Of a stretch of DNA of 64,000 nt, positions 1 to 9,400 are shown in pieces. Source of the stretch: Lepidodermella squamata (Eukaryota > Animalia > Gastrotricha); assembly GCA_047495785.1 (NCBI GenBank), contig JBLDXI010000029.1, positions 2,790,001-2,854,000 on the forward strand. The letters are read 5' to 3'. Position 1 is the first letter of the stretch. Each line of letters opens with the position of its first letter. The notes beneath the pieces are model-generated. The model did not search any database. It had not been told where the DNA came from and saw nothing but the letters and a program-made list of their open reading frames with translations. Position numbers and translations under genes: made by a program.

Positions 1-188
1 TTTGCTTTATTTTTTTCTATTTTATTAATCTGCGATTTCGTAAGAAGCACTTTATTCAAATTATTTATTGAATGGATATCTTTTTTACTTATTTGTAAGG
101 TGATACTTTTATTGTTGTTAATTGCAGACTGTACTTTTTGAATTTGACCATCAGACAGGGGAATTTCGTATTCAAAATATTTACTCAT
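1..188 (-). CDS. Partial Maverick ORF running off the left edge; probable basic core/virion protein (MSKYFEYEIPLSDGQIQKVQSAINNNKSITLQISKK...LLTKSQINKIEKNKA)
   Basis: ATG at 188-186 and open to the window edge (translated manually). Has the same upstream TCTA motif as its neighbours. The LSxxQxxK...LLTxxQIxKI pattern resembles small Maverick proteins. Confidence 0.65.
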   Translation of the reverse strand, partial: MSKYFEYEIPLSDGQIQKVQSAINNNKSITLQISKKDIHSINNLNKVLLTKSQINKIEKNKA

Positions 189-213
189 TTTATTAGAAGA
201 CTAGATTTTCTAT

Positions 214-1593
214 TCACAGACTACGCAGTGATATATCCAGAGTTCCATTCTTGTAATTGAAAGATATTTCTTTTTCACGTTCAATAAAACTATAAATTAC
301 TAATGGTTTATTAACTGCTCCAACAGTAGCTTTGAAAACAATTGAACAAGTATTATCAGCTCGTGAATTATATATTGAACTTGCATCGATATCATTTAGA
401 TTGAAACATAAGATTCTATACAAGTTGCAGAAATCAAGATAAGAAATTTGTGTTCCTATATTCAAACTTTCTCTATCGCCCGTTTGCGACATATTCTGTT
501 TTATATTTTGATATAGTTTATGAGCTTTCAATGAATTGAAACTAACATTTGATTCATTAAAAGCTTCCTTATTATTAATCAATAAAGAATATGAAGTAAT
601 GTTCCATATGTTGTATATCTGGTTTAATTTTTTAGGCATTTCAGTATCAGTATAATCTGGAATTAATACTAAATAAATATAACTAGGCTTTTTTATCTCA
701 GTTGAAACCGTCCATTGAATATTCTGAATATTATTTGCAAATTGCTGTGATTGGAATGGTTCAATCGACATCCATTTATGAACTTTTGAAAATCCTGAAT
801 TAAATTTCTCCAGAACTTCCAACTTATTTTTATTCATGAGCGTAACTTCAGGTATCATCAAATTTGCTTTCGATATTTTATATGTCATGCCAGCAGTTTC
901 ACCTGTAGCAGCATCGGCAATAACATAAATTAAACTTTTATTGTAATTTGGGGTTAATATAATTCTAAATCTTGATTTAGTGAAAATGCCGTTGAATGAA
1001 TTGAAAAATGGTAAATCTTTCAAGAACAAAGTACATATCAATTGGTTACTTTTTACAAATGAATTCCTTACAATAAGACCATGATTTGCAGTAGCTTTGG
1101 ATCCATCAAATGAATCAGCTGTTACATCTTCGCTAAGTGTTCTTGTTGCTCTTGGTAATGGACAATCTCTAGAGAATAAAGATTCTTCTCCATACGTCTC
1201 AGCATATTCTTTACTCCATTTTAACAAGAAGTTGATATTTGCCCAATGTTCGGTGAATCTCAATTCTTCAATTTTATGATCGCTGTCTGATATCTGAATT
1301 TCAACAGATTCGAATAAACTTAGTACATGATTACGAATAGCGTATTTATCAGTAGCTGCAAAATCCTTAGCATTATTTCTAACAAAGTGTAATTGGAATT
1401 CAATATATCCTTCACGAACTAATAGAAAATTATCTTTCAAGTTGATTGTGGAAAATATCAATTTATTTGGTTGGCTCTGACTATCCTGAATGAAATTCTG
1501 CGCGGGAGTTTCAGTCCATACCTTCTTCTCAAATAATCTATCATCAATTTCAGTAGTTTCAAAAATATTGTTTATTATTTCCTGTTGTAACAT
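214..1593 (-). CDS. Probable major capsid protein (double jelly-roll/hexon-like), 459 aa
   Basis: Size, beta-rich pattern, 'SLFESVEIQI' and 'KKPSYIYLVL' segments typical of Polinton MCPs, and position in the virion gene block. Confidence 0.8.
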   Translation of the reverse strand: MLQQEIINNIFETTEIDDRLFEKKVWTETPAQNFIQDSQSQPNKLIFSTINLKDNFLLVREGYIEFQLHFVRNNAKDFAATDKYAIRNHVLSLFESVEIQISDSDHKIEELRFTEHWANINFLLKWSKEYAETYGEESLFSRDCPLPRATRTLSEDVTADSFDGSKATANHGLIVRNSFVKSNQLICTLFLKDLPFFNSFNGIFTKSRFRIILTPNYNKSLIYVIADAATGETAGMTYKISKANLMIPEVTLMNKNKLEVLEKFNSGFSKVHKWMSIEPFQSQQFANNIQNIQWTVSTEIKKPSYIYLVLIPDYTDTEMPKKLNQIYNIWNITSYSLLINNKEAFNESNVSFNSLKAHKLYQNIKQNMSQTGDRESLNIGTQISYLDFCNLYRILCFNLNDIDASSIYNSRADNTCSIVFKATVGAVNKPLVIYSFIEREKEISFNYKNGTLDISLRSL

Positions 1594-1607
1594 TTTTTAC
1601 TGTATAA

Positions 1608-1919
1608 CTAGATTTTCTTAAATCCTTCACCGACGACTTTACCAGAACTATAATTAGCAATCTCTTTTTTAATTTTATTTTCCAATTCTTCAATGGCTTT
1701 TATATTTTGTTTTGGATCAGGAATTAATTTTTCAGTAATAGTATCTGCTACGTAATTTCCCAATTTATCACCTACTGTTTCACTTCCAGATTTCAAAGCA
1801 GATTTTAATAAAGACTGAACTGGTTCTCTACCTATGCTAATTAATTTCCCTAGTAATTGCCTACTCACATCAGCAAATCCTCTACCCTGAATATAAACTT
1901 TTTTAGATTTCTGTTTCAT
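1608..1919 (-). CDS. Small basic virion protein (core/membrane-lytic-like), 103 aa
   Basis: Basic N-terminus, then IQGR/G (adenain-type cleavage consensus), an amphipathic helix and C-terminal VVGEGF. Confidence 0.65.
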   Translation of the reverse strand: MKQKSKKVYIQGRGFADVSRQLLGKLISIGREPVQSLLKSALKSGSETVGDKLGNYVADTITEKLIPDPKQNIKAIEELENKIKKEIANYSSGKVVGEGFKKI

Positions 1920-1942
1920 TTTATTATCAAACTAGAAATTTC

Positions 1943-2028
1943 ATAAAATGTGCTCGAAGCTGTTGCTTCAAGCAATGTTTATAAAGCTTTGCTTTATAAA
2001 ATGTGCTCGAAGCTGTTGCTTCAAGCAA
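1943..2028 (-). terminator. Triple-hairpin cassette at the 3' end of the penton gene; candidate transcript-end signal
   Basis: A 33-bp direct repeat (1943-1975, 1996-2028), each copy folding tgctcgaagc/gcttcaagca, is separated by a perfect hairpin tttataaagc-ttt-gctttataaa (1978-2000). Confidence 0.45.
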
Positions 2029-2761
2029 AGTCCAATCCTATTCCCCATTTGTTCTCAACAAAATTTATAGGTATTCCATCTTGATTAGTCAACCATATTT
2101 TTATATTTTGAGTATTTGCGTTGTTACAATCCAAATATCTTTTTTCATTTGGAGTGATATTAACATGTTCACCAAATTTTCTATTCATTGGACATGTAAA
2201 AATCACTGTGCTATATTCGGGGATAATTGAATTATCAACCACATTGCAATGTACAAATAAAGTATCGAAACCCATTGTTATATCTGGAATTTTTTGAGAA
2301 TTGAAATCAGTATCATAATTTCCAATTTCGATTCCTAAAAATTTTGAAATCCCATCTGATTCTACTACAAGGCTAAATTTCTCCGATATCCTAATGCTAA
2401 GACAAGAATATACACTATTTACCATGAGATTTATTGGATAAATTTCAACCCCTGTATCCTTATCCAGGGAATAGTGATTATTCTTTTTCATGGAGAAGTG
2501 TAGGTAATTATCAAAATCTTTATAAGTATAGGTTCCATCAGGAAATATAACCTCGAATGTTTCACCTTCTGTAATGTATTTTAATTTGTTGTTATTATAT
2601 TTTCCAGAAACATTATGGAACGTATCATAAAAATGAATATAGGAAAGAGCTATTTTCCTTCCTGAAAAGTTGATCTTCTGATTAAGATAACGATCTATAG
2701 TATTATTTTGTGATGACTTGTTATTTTGAATATATTCTAACGGCAAAAATATTACACTCAT
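2021..2761 (-). CDS. Probable minor capsid protein (penton, single jelly-roll), 246 aa
   Basis: Polinton penton-like segments: 'KIALSYI', 'FHNVS..YNNNKL', 'FPDGTY', 'LFVHCNVVDNS', 'IKIWLTNQDGIPINF'. Confidence 0.85.
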   Translation of the reverse strand: MSVIFLPLEYIQNNKSSQNNTIDRYLNQKINFSGRKIALSYIHFYDTFHNVSGKYNNNKLKYITEGETFEVIFPDGTYTYKDFDNYLHFSMKKNNHYSLDKDTGVEIYPINLMVNSVYSCLSIRISEKFSLVVESDGISKFLGIEIGNYDTDFNSQKIPDITMGFDTLFVHCNVVDNSIIPEYSTVIFTCPMNRKFGEHVNITPNEKRYLDCNNANTQNIKIWLTNQDGIPINFVENKWGIGLDFA

Positions 2762-2772
2762 TTACTAGTTGG

Positions 2773-3885
2773 TTAGATATTTGCATAAGTGCAAACATTT
2801 TTGTATTCTTCATTCGAAATATGTTTGTTCCTCAAAAGTAAATCTGCTATAGAAACTAATTCATTTTTAATTTCGTTGTTATTGTTTCCTGCTCTTATTT
2901 CACCAATGCAATGTAACAGTCTCGTCTTTGCATCTTTCAAGTTTAGAAATACAGATTCCCCACATATGATTTTATTTAGTTTTGAATGTTTCTTAGGTTC
3001 ATATCGTGTTCTTTCAATAATATCTTTATACATACTTATATCAGCATCGGTATACTTATATTTCTTAGGATCATAATTTTTGAATAATAGATTTTTAACC
3101 CCATCTGTTATTTTCATATCAAACACTTTTGCATTATTTTTCTTTCTTACACATAACTTATTATTATCAAGATCTATTATCCTAGCATAATATCTTCCAA
3201 ATTTCATTAAATGTTTTGGTATTGGTTTGGTTATTCCGCTGCCACCCTGTTCCTCAGTTAGTTTTTCCAAAGCTGATCGGTATTTTTTAAGTTCCTCAAC
3301 TTCGAATTTTATTTGATTATACTCGGTAGATTCTTTTCTACCACCTCGTGTCAAAGTAGCTAATCGGGGTCCTAAAACCCTTTTATTATAATCAGATATA
3401 TCATGTATTACATCTTCGATATGATCAGCTTCAATTTCATCAATCAAAGGGAAATTGTGTTTCTTAATTACGTTTTCATTAAGACTTTTAATTTCGTTCT
3501 CAGGTTCTCTAACGCTTTGATATTCATCAAATGAGGCTTCATTTCTATCAGTTGACTCACTTTTTGCTAATGGACTGGAAGGTTCCAATTTAGGTTGTCT
3601 TAATTCGGCTTTAACTTCTTGGGCGATTTCCCGAGCGATCACCTCAGGTTTCATTCTTGTTAAATTATTATTCAATTTTTCTATGGAATTTACGATCGGT
3701 CGTTGTTTGATCGTATTTTGAATGGTTTTGAAAGGATCCATTTCGGTTTTAATGTTAAATTTATGCTTTAATGTGTATGTATCTCCATTCGCAATCGCAA
3801 TATTCTGACTATAAAGGTTTTCCTCTTTTTCAAGATTTTTCAAAATTTCAATTTGCTCGGGTATTGATAGTTCTTTGATCGGCAT
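2773..3885 (-). CDS. Maverick hypothetical protein, 370 aa
   Basis: Long intact ORF in the virion block. Internal QGGSG putative cleavage site; the C-terminal 'GEIRAGNNN..IKNEL..I...L' pattern resembles Maverick accessory proteins. Confidence 0.7.
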   Translation of the reverse strand: MPIKELSIPEQIEILKNLEKEENLYSQNIAIANGDTYTLKHKFNIKTEMDPFKTIQNTIKQRPIVNSIEKLNNNLTRMKPEVIAREIAQEVKAELRQPKLEPSSPLAKSESTDRNEASFDEYQSVREPENEIKSLNENVIKKHNFPLIDEIEADHIEDVIHDISDYNKRVLGPRLATLTRGGRKESTEYNQIKFEVEELKKYRSALEKLTEEQGGSGITKPIPKHLMKFGRYYARIIDLDNNKLCVRKKNNAKVFDMKITDGVKNLLFKNYDPKKYKYTDADISMYKDIIERTRYEPKKHSKLNKIICGESVFLNLKDAKTRLLHCIGEIRAGNNNNEIKNELVSIADLLLRNKHISNEEYKNVCTYANI

Positions 3886-3916
3886 TTGAACGTTTTTTAA
3901 TTAGTAACTAGATATT

Positions 3917-4615
3917 TCAACAAAACAGGCCAACGTAATTAGCTCGCAATTTCAAGCATTTGTATTTTGAATTGCCATCAATAATGAAACTTCCATGTCC
4001 ATCATATGAAGATGTACTTTCTTCGTATTTCTTTATGAATTCATCTCTTTTTATTTCAGATGCATAAATATTATGTATGGTTTTTATTTCTCTGAAATCA
4101 TTTAAACGCTTTAGCACAACGAACTGTGCGTTATCTCTAATTATTTTAGGCGTTTTAAAATAAGACTGAGATAAGTAAACAACAGAACAATTGTATTTCC
4201 TACTTCTTATGTACAAATCACCGATATATTTTTCTTGAACCTTTTTTTCTGTTAAACATACGTCATCGAATATGTAAAGATGCTGATAGTTCTTGTTTAG
4301 TTCTTCTAATTGAACTACATCTTTCAAATCAGTGCTAAAATGTATGAGTCTTTCTGATATTCCTCTTCTTGCTAATTCTATTTCTTTTTGTTTTTGCACA
4401 TTTATTAAAAATTGATACTTGTCTTCGTCAAGTGTTTTTGAATAAACGAAAATTTTATGGAAAACGGAATGATGAATAATATTCAAAAGATCATTTGTTT
4501 TACCTGAATTACTCGGACCAATGATTAAACTTCTGGCTGGATGTTGTGGGAAAAATGGATTCGGATTTATATAATAATTATTAGCTTTGGAAATTAGATT
4601 ATCAAAATTTATCAT
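3917..4615 (-). CDS. A32/FtsK-like DNA packaging ATPase, 232 aa
   Basis: Walker A GPSNSGKT, Walker B LYIFDD, and 'RSRKYNCSVVYLSQSYF..PK.IRDN'. Confidence 0.95.
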   Translation of the reverse strand: MINFDNLISKANNYYINPNPFFPQHPARSLIIGPSNSGKTNDLLNIIHHSVFHKIFVYSKTLDEDKYQFLINVQKQKEIELARRGISERLIHFSTDLKDVVQLEELNKNYQHLYIFDDVCLTEKKVQEKYIGDLYIRSRKYNCSVVYLSQSYFKTPKIIRDNAQFVVLKRLNDFREIKTIHNIYASEIKRDEFIKKYEESTSSYDGHGSFIIDGNSKYKCLKLRANYVGLFC

Positions 4616-4624
4616 TTATATATA

Positions 4625-4643
4625 AATTAGAAACTTTCTAGTT
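4625..4643. promoter_or_regulatory. Candidate bidirectional promoter between the divergent ATPase and PLA2X genes
   Basis: TAGAAA-C-TTTCTA (4628-4640) is a perfect inverted repeat that places a TCTA 13-15 nt upstream of each ATG. Confidence 0.6.
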
Positions 4644-4654
4644 AATTACTAAAA

Positions 4655-5299
4655 ATGTTCGACAGCACTAAAAGTGATGGAGTAAATTCTTCGAGCATGG
4701 GAATTTTCGGTAGCTCTGAAAGATATGGCTTAAATTCTCTGAGTAGGGGAATTTTCGGTAGCTCGGAAAGAGATGGCTTAAATTCTCTGAGTAGGGGAAT
4801 TTTCGGTAGCTCGGAAAGAGATGGCTTAAATTCTCCGAGTAGGAGAATTTTCGATGGGATTATAAACAATTTACCAATTGAATTACATTTACCATCATTA
4901 GGACCAGGTGAATACGTGCAGAACGGTAGTTTTAATAACACAAATAGGTATTCATATGCAGGACCAGGAACGAAATTTATTAAACGCATGAAAGAAGGTT
5001 ACAAAGGTATTAATGAATTAGACAAAGCAGCAATGGAACATGATGCAGCTTATCATTTCTATAAGGATAGAGAAACAAGAACGATATCCGACAGAATTTT
5101 AGCTCAAAGAGCCCTTAAAATTGCTCATGATGGGTCTAAAAGTAGTCAGGAAAGAATGATGGCTGCATTTGTTCATAAGACATTTACCGAAGGTGGATTA
5201 GCTGATAAATTTCAAGGGAAAGGAATGACTCTACGTCAAAGAAAGCCGGTCAGTTACACGCAATCACTAACTAGAAACGAACCTGTTAAAAAAAAGTAA
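4655..5299 (+). CDS. PLA2X (parvovirus VP1u-like phospholipase A2 domain) with N-terminal 16-aa repeats; probably the N-terminal part of a PLA2X-integrase fusion
   Basis: YAGPGT Ca-loop and 'NELDKAAMEHDAAY' with the HD catalytic pair, followed by 'R..SD..L'. Confidence 0.9.
   Translation: MFDSTKSDGVNSSSMGIFGSSERYGLNSLSRGIFGSSERDGLNSLSRGIFGSSERDGLNSPSRRIFDGIINNLPIELHLPSLGPGEYVQNGSFNNTNRYSYAGPGTKFIKRMKEGYKGINELDKAAMEHDAAYHFYKDRETRTISDRILAQRALKIAHDGSKSSQERMMAAFVHKTFTEGGLADKFQGKGMTLRQRKPVSYTQSLTRNEPVKKK
4676..4855 (+). repeat. 48-bp coding tandem repeat, ~3.7 copies (DGLNSLSRGIFGSSER)
   Basis: Units start at 4676, 4724, 4772 and 4820 and are near-identical. Confidence 0.95.
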
Positions 5300-6307
5300 A
5301 CGTAATGCTCGAGAAAATATAGAAAAAATTGCTGAAAATAACGAAATAAGTAAAATGAAATTTCCCATACTAGCTGAAGAATTACACAAACAAGTTCGGA
5401 AACGATTTCCGCGTCGCCGAGTTATACTTGAGGATGTTGATGAAACTTGGGGTATGGATATTTGCTTCATGAATGATTTGGCTGAAGATAATGATGGATA
5501 TAAATATATATTAACTATTATTGATTGCTTTTCAAAATATGCATGGGCTATCCCATTAAAAACTAAAGATGCTAAAACTGTATTTGATGCTGAACTGTTA
5601 TCAACAAAAGTAATAGGAAACCTAAGCATATTTGGGTTGATGAAGGAAGTGAATTTTATAATTCAATATTTACCAAATGGCTTAAAGCTAACAACGTAGT
5701 AAGATATTCAACATATGAAAACTTTCACAATCCAATTATTGAGCGATTCAACAGAACGTTGAAAACAATGATGTGGAAAAAGTTTACTCTTGAAAATAGC
5801 CGAAATTGGATTAATATGTTGGATTCTTTACTATTTGAATATAACAATAAGAAGCACAGATCTATACATATGAATCCGACTGAAGCAGTGAATCCGATCA
5901 ATAAAGAAAGAGTATTAAAAAGTCTTTATCCTCATCCTGAACCCAATTTGAAAAAGCCAAAATTCAATATTGGTGACATTGTAAGGATTAGTAGAATAAA
6001 AGAACAATTTGAAAAAGGTTTTCATCCAAATTGGTCAGAAGAACTGCTGAAAATTGTTGGTGTTAATGATACATATCCTAGAACATATAAATTGGAAGCA
6101 TTAGATGGTGAGGAAGTAGTTGGAAGTTTTTATGAACAAGAATTATTAAAATCGAAAATTAAAAATCAAGAATTGTATGAAAAAGCAATTTATCGAGTTG
6201 AAAAGATTTTAGAACGTAAATTAGTAAAAGGCAAAGAAATTTTACTAATTAAATGGGCAGGTTATGATCACCCAACGTGGGAAAAAGCAGAAAATATTAT
6301 CGATTAG
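5271..6307 (+). pseudogene. Retroviral-type (rve) integrase with C-terminal chromodomain, frameshifted at ~5592-5612
   Basis: First frame: LAEELHK...WGMD...IDCFSKYAWAIPLK. Second frame: RKPKHIWVDEGSEF...IIERFNRTLK (D,D,E triad), then 'YRVEKIL...LIKWAGYD.PTWE' chromodomain. Confidence 0.9.
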
Positions 6308-6411
6308 ATAGTGACAACTTGGTAAATTCGGCATTTTAAGCACATTTATGAATTTCGAATTTCATCATTTTAAAAAATGGCTTAAAGATTTATCACCTTA
6401 ACATTACATAA

Positions 6412-9400
6412 ATGAAAATGAATAATTTTTTCATATTGAGTCCAAAAGGTTTTGAAATAAAGAAGGGCGGAAAAGCTTTTCGAAAATATATAAACGAAGG
6501 CTTTTCATATGATGAAACGAATAATAAGTGGTTGGAAAATGGTCAGCCGTATACTTACGAGGTAGTTAATCCGGAAGACGGGTGTTTGATACCCGTTAAT
6601 GGCGATAAATTCAACGAGTTGATTAACAATAATTATATATATGAAAAATATAGAAACCGTTTGAAAAAAGTTGCATTTTATAAAGATAAAAAAGTTGAAG
6701 TCGGTTCAAACGAATTTCAGAAAATGGTAAGACATACACATGCATATAACCCTGAAACTAATTCATTAACTAAATACAAAAGTAAAATTAGGGGTGGGCA
6801 TGTATTTGATCCGATAAATGGAGAACCCATTTTGTTGGGAGGAGCAAGATATGAAAATTTAGTTTCGCAGGGCTATGCCTTTGATCAAAACACGAATAAG
6901 ATGGTTAAAAGACAGTTGACAAATAATTTCGTTATCAATCCAAAAACACTTTGTCGTATCAAAATAAATGGCGAAAAATTTCGCCAACTAATAGCTGAGG
7001 GTTATAAATATATTGAAAGTACCAATAGCTTAGAAAAAGATGATTATTTTCAAATAGTGAATAGAGATTTCCCCGGCGGATTTAAACAAGTTATGTCGCG
7101 AGTAGATTTTGAACCTCGTGGAAAAGAAGAAATTGATTTTCCAAATTACCGAAAGAAAATCATCAACAAGGTGATAGAAGAATATAGAGAGCAATTAAAA
7201 CAACGCGGTTCAATTAAAGTAGGCCTAGTTACTAAAATGACTTTCGTTCGTGATGATGAAGAGAAAGAGTTGGATCGTTACTCTTGGAATTCGAATATAA
7301 ATTGCGCACCTGTGATTTTACGTGTTGACCAAATACAGACGGTTGTAAATCAGCTTTTTGATCAGATTGGCGCTTCAATTGAAGACTTAGCTCAAAGGCA
7401 ATCTGGTTGGCGATTGAAAAATATTGGTACGACAAGTGCTAATACTTATAAGTACAATCCTCTTTCGGGTGGAAGTTTCATTCCAACGCCTCCATATATC
7501 TATAATAAGAAAGCAGTGGTAAACGTACAAAATACTGATCAAAAATGCATTATTTGGAGTATTCTAGCTTGTTTACATCGGGTTGAAAAAAATGCACATA
7601 GACCTACCAAATATCAAAAATACTTGAGTGAAATTAATACTGATACGATACAATTCCCTATTAAAGCTAAGGACATTTCCAAACTCGAAAACTTGAACAA
7701 AATTAACATAAACATTATAGAATATAACAAATTTGGATGTAAAGAATTCAGACCTTACTATGTTTCGGACGGGATTCACAATAAAGAGGTAAATATTCTC
7801 AGGTTGAGAGAAGATAAAAAAGCTCATTTTTGCTGGATAAAAAACATGAGTAAATTACTTGCCTTCACGAGCAAGCATGAACATAAAAAATTCTGGTGTT
7901 ATCGTTGTTTAACTGGTTTCGACTCGGATTTAACACGGATAAGGCATTTGGAAGATCAGAAATGCGAATTCAAAGGCACACAAATTAGGTTCCCGAAAAA
8001 ATTTGACCCCATCGAAAACGAATGGGTAATGCAAAAAGTAAAATTTAATAGCTTCGACAAACAGTTGGAGATCCCATTTGCGTTTTACTGCGATGCCGAG
8101 AGCATTCTTGTACCGTGTAATGAGAAAAAGGGTAATTCATCGACAATTTATCAAAAACATGTCGCCAACTCGTTCGGATGTTACTTTATTAGCAAGGTAA
8201 AAAATTTCAAGTCACGTTATCAAAAATTCGAGGGTGAAAATTGCACTAAAGATTTTATAAATTACTTGATAAAAATGGAAAGTAGATTGACTTTTTTCTT
8301 ACGTAATACCAACATAGAAATGAAATTTGGTGACAAGGAGAAGATTCTATTTGATGCTGCAACGCATTGCCATATATGTAATAAGAAATTTGAACTTCAT
8401 GAAGAGCGAGTAAGAGATCATGATCACTTGACTGGGAATTATCGAGGCGCAGCTCATCAATTTTGTAACCTGGGTTATAACATGAAAAATATGAAAATTC
8501 CTGTTGTTTTTCATAATCTGAAAGGTTATGATAGCCATTTGATTTTGAAGCATGCCGGTGAAGTCGTGAACGAAATTAACGAGGCGCGAAAAACTGAGTA
8601 TGAAGAAAAGAGAGAGGAAGCCAAGAAAAGTGGCAAATCAGAACCTAAAAAGCCGTACTTACTTAATCTAAGTGTCATCGCGAGTAGTGCTGAAAAATAT
8701 ATGAGCTTTAGCATAGGAAGATTGAACTTTTTAGATAGTTTCAATTTTATGAGTGCTAGCTTGGAAACAATCGTAAACAACTTGAAGAAATCAGGCGGGG
8801 AATTCCAGCATTTTAAGAGCCAGTTCAAAAATAATTCAGATTCACAGATTCAATTATTGCTTAGAAAAAATGTTTATCCGTATGATTACATAACTAGCCG
8901 TGACAAGCTGCTGGAAACTCAGCTTCCGCCGATAGAAAACTTTTCGCAGAGACTCCGCGCTAGTTCTTCATATAGCAGTGATCCTAAAGATCTAGAACCC
9001 GTTCCTATTTCTTTAGAAGATTATCAACACGCTAAAAAAGTATGGGAAGAGTTCGAATGCAAGTCTTTAAAAGAATATCATGATCTATATCTTAAAAGTG
9101 ACGTAATGTTGCTTGCTGATTGCTTTGAAAACTTTAGGAAAACATGCATGAATTTTTATGGATTAGATGCTCTTCATTTTGTGAGCGCGCCTGCTCTTAG
9201 TTGGACATCCATGCTGAAATTAACTCGAATCGAACTTGATCTTTTCGATAATGAGGAAATGCTAGAGTTCATTGAATCAGGAATTCGCGGTGGTGTTTCC
9301 ATCATTACGAAAAGGTATGCGCAAGCTAATAACAAATACATGAAGAATTTCGATAGTACGAAGCCACAATCATATATCACATATTTAGATGCGAATAATT

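Noticed and set aside
4676-4855. CRISPR-like regular repeats
   Set aside because: Contiguous in-frame coding repeats with no unique spacers, in a eukaryotic context with no cas genes.
4642-4989. 115-aa antisense ORF with repeats
   Set aside because: Shadow of the PLA2X 48-bp repeat; the plus-strand ORF has the recognisable domain.
5285-5299. A_AAA_AAG as a programmed -1 frameshift site
   Set aside because: The integrase is in the +1/-2 frame relative to PLA2X, so a -1 shift would not reach it.
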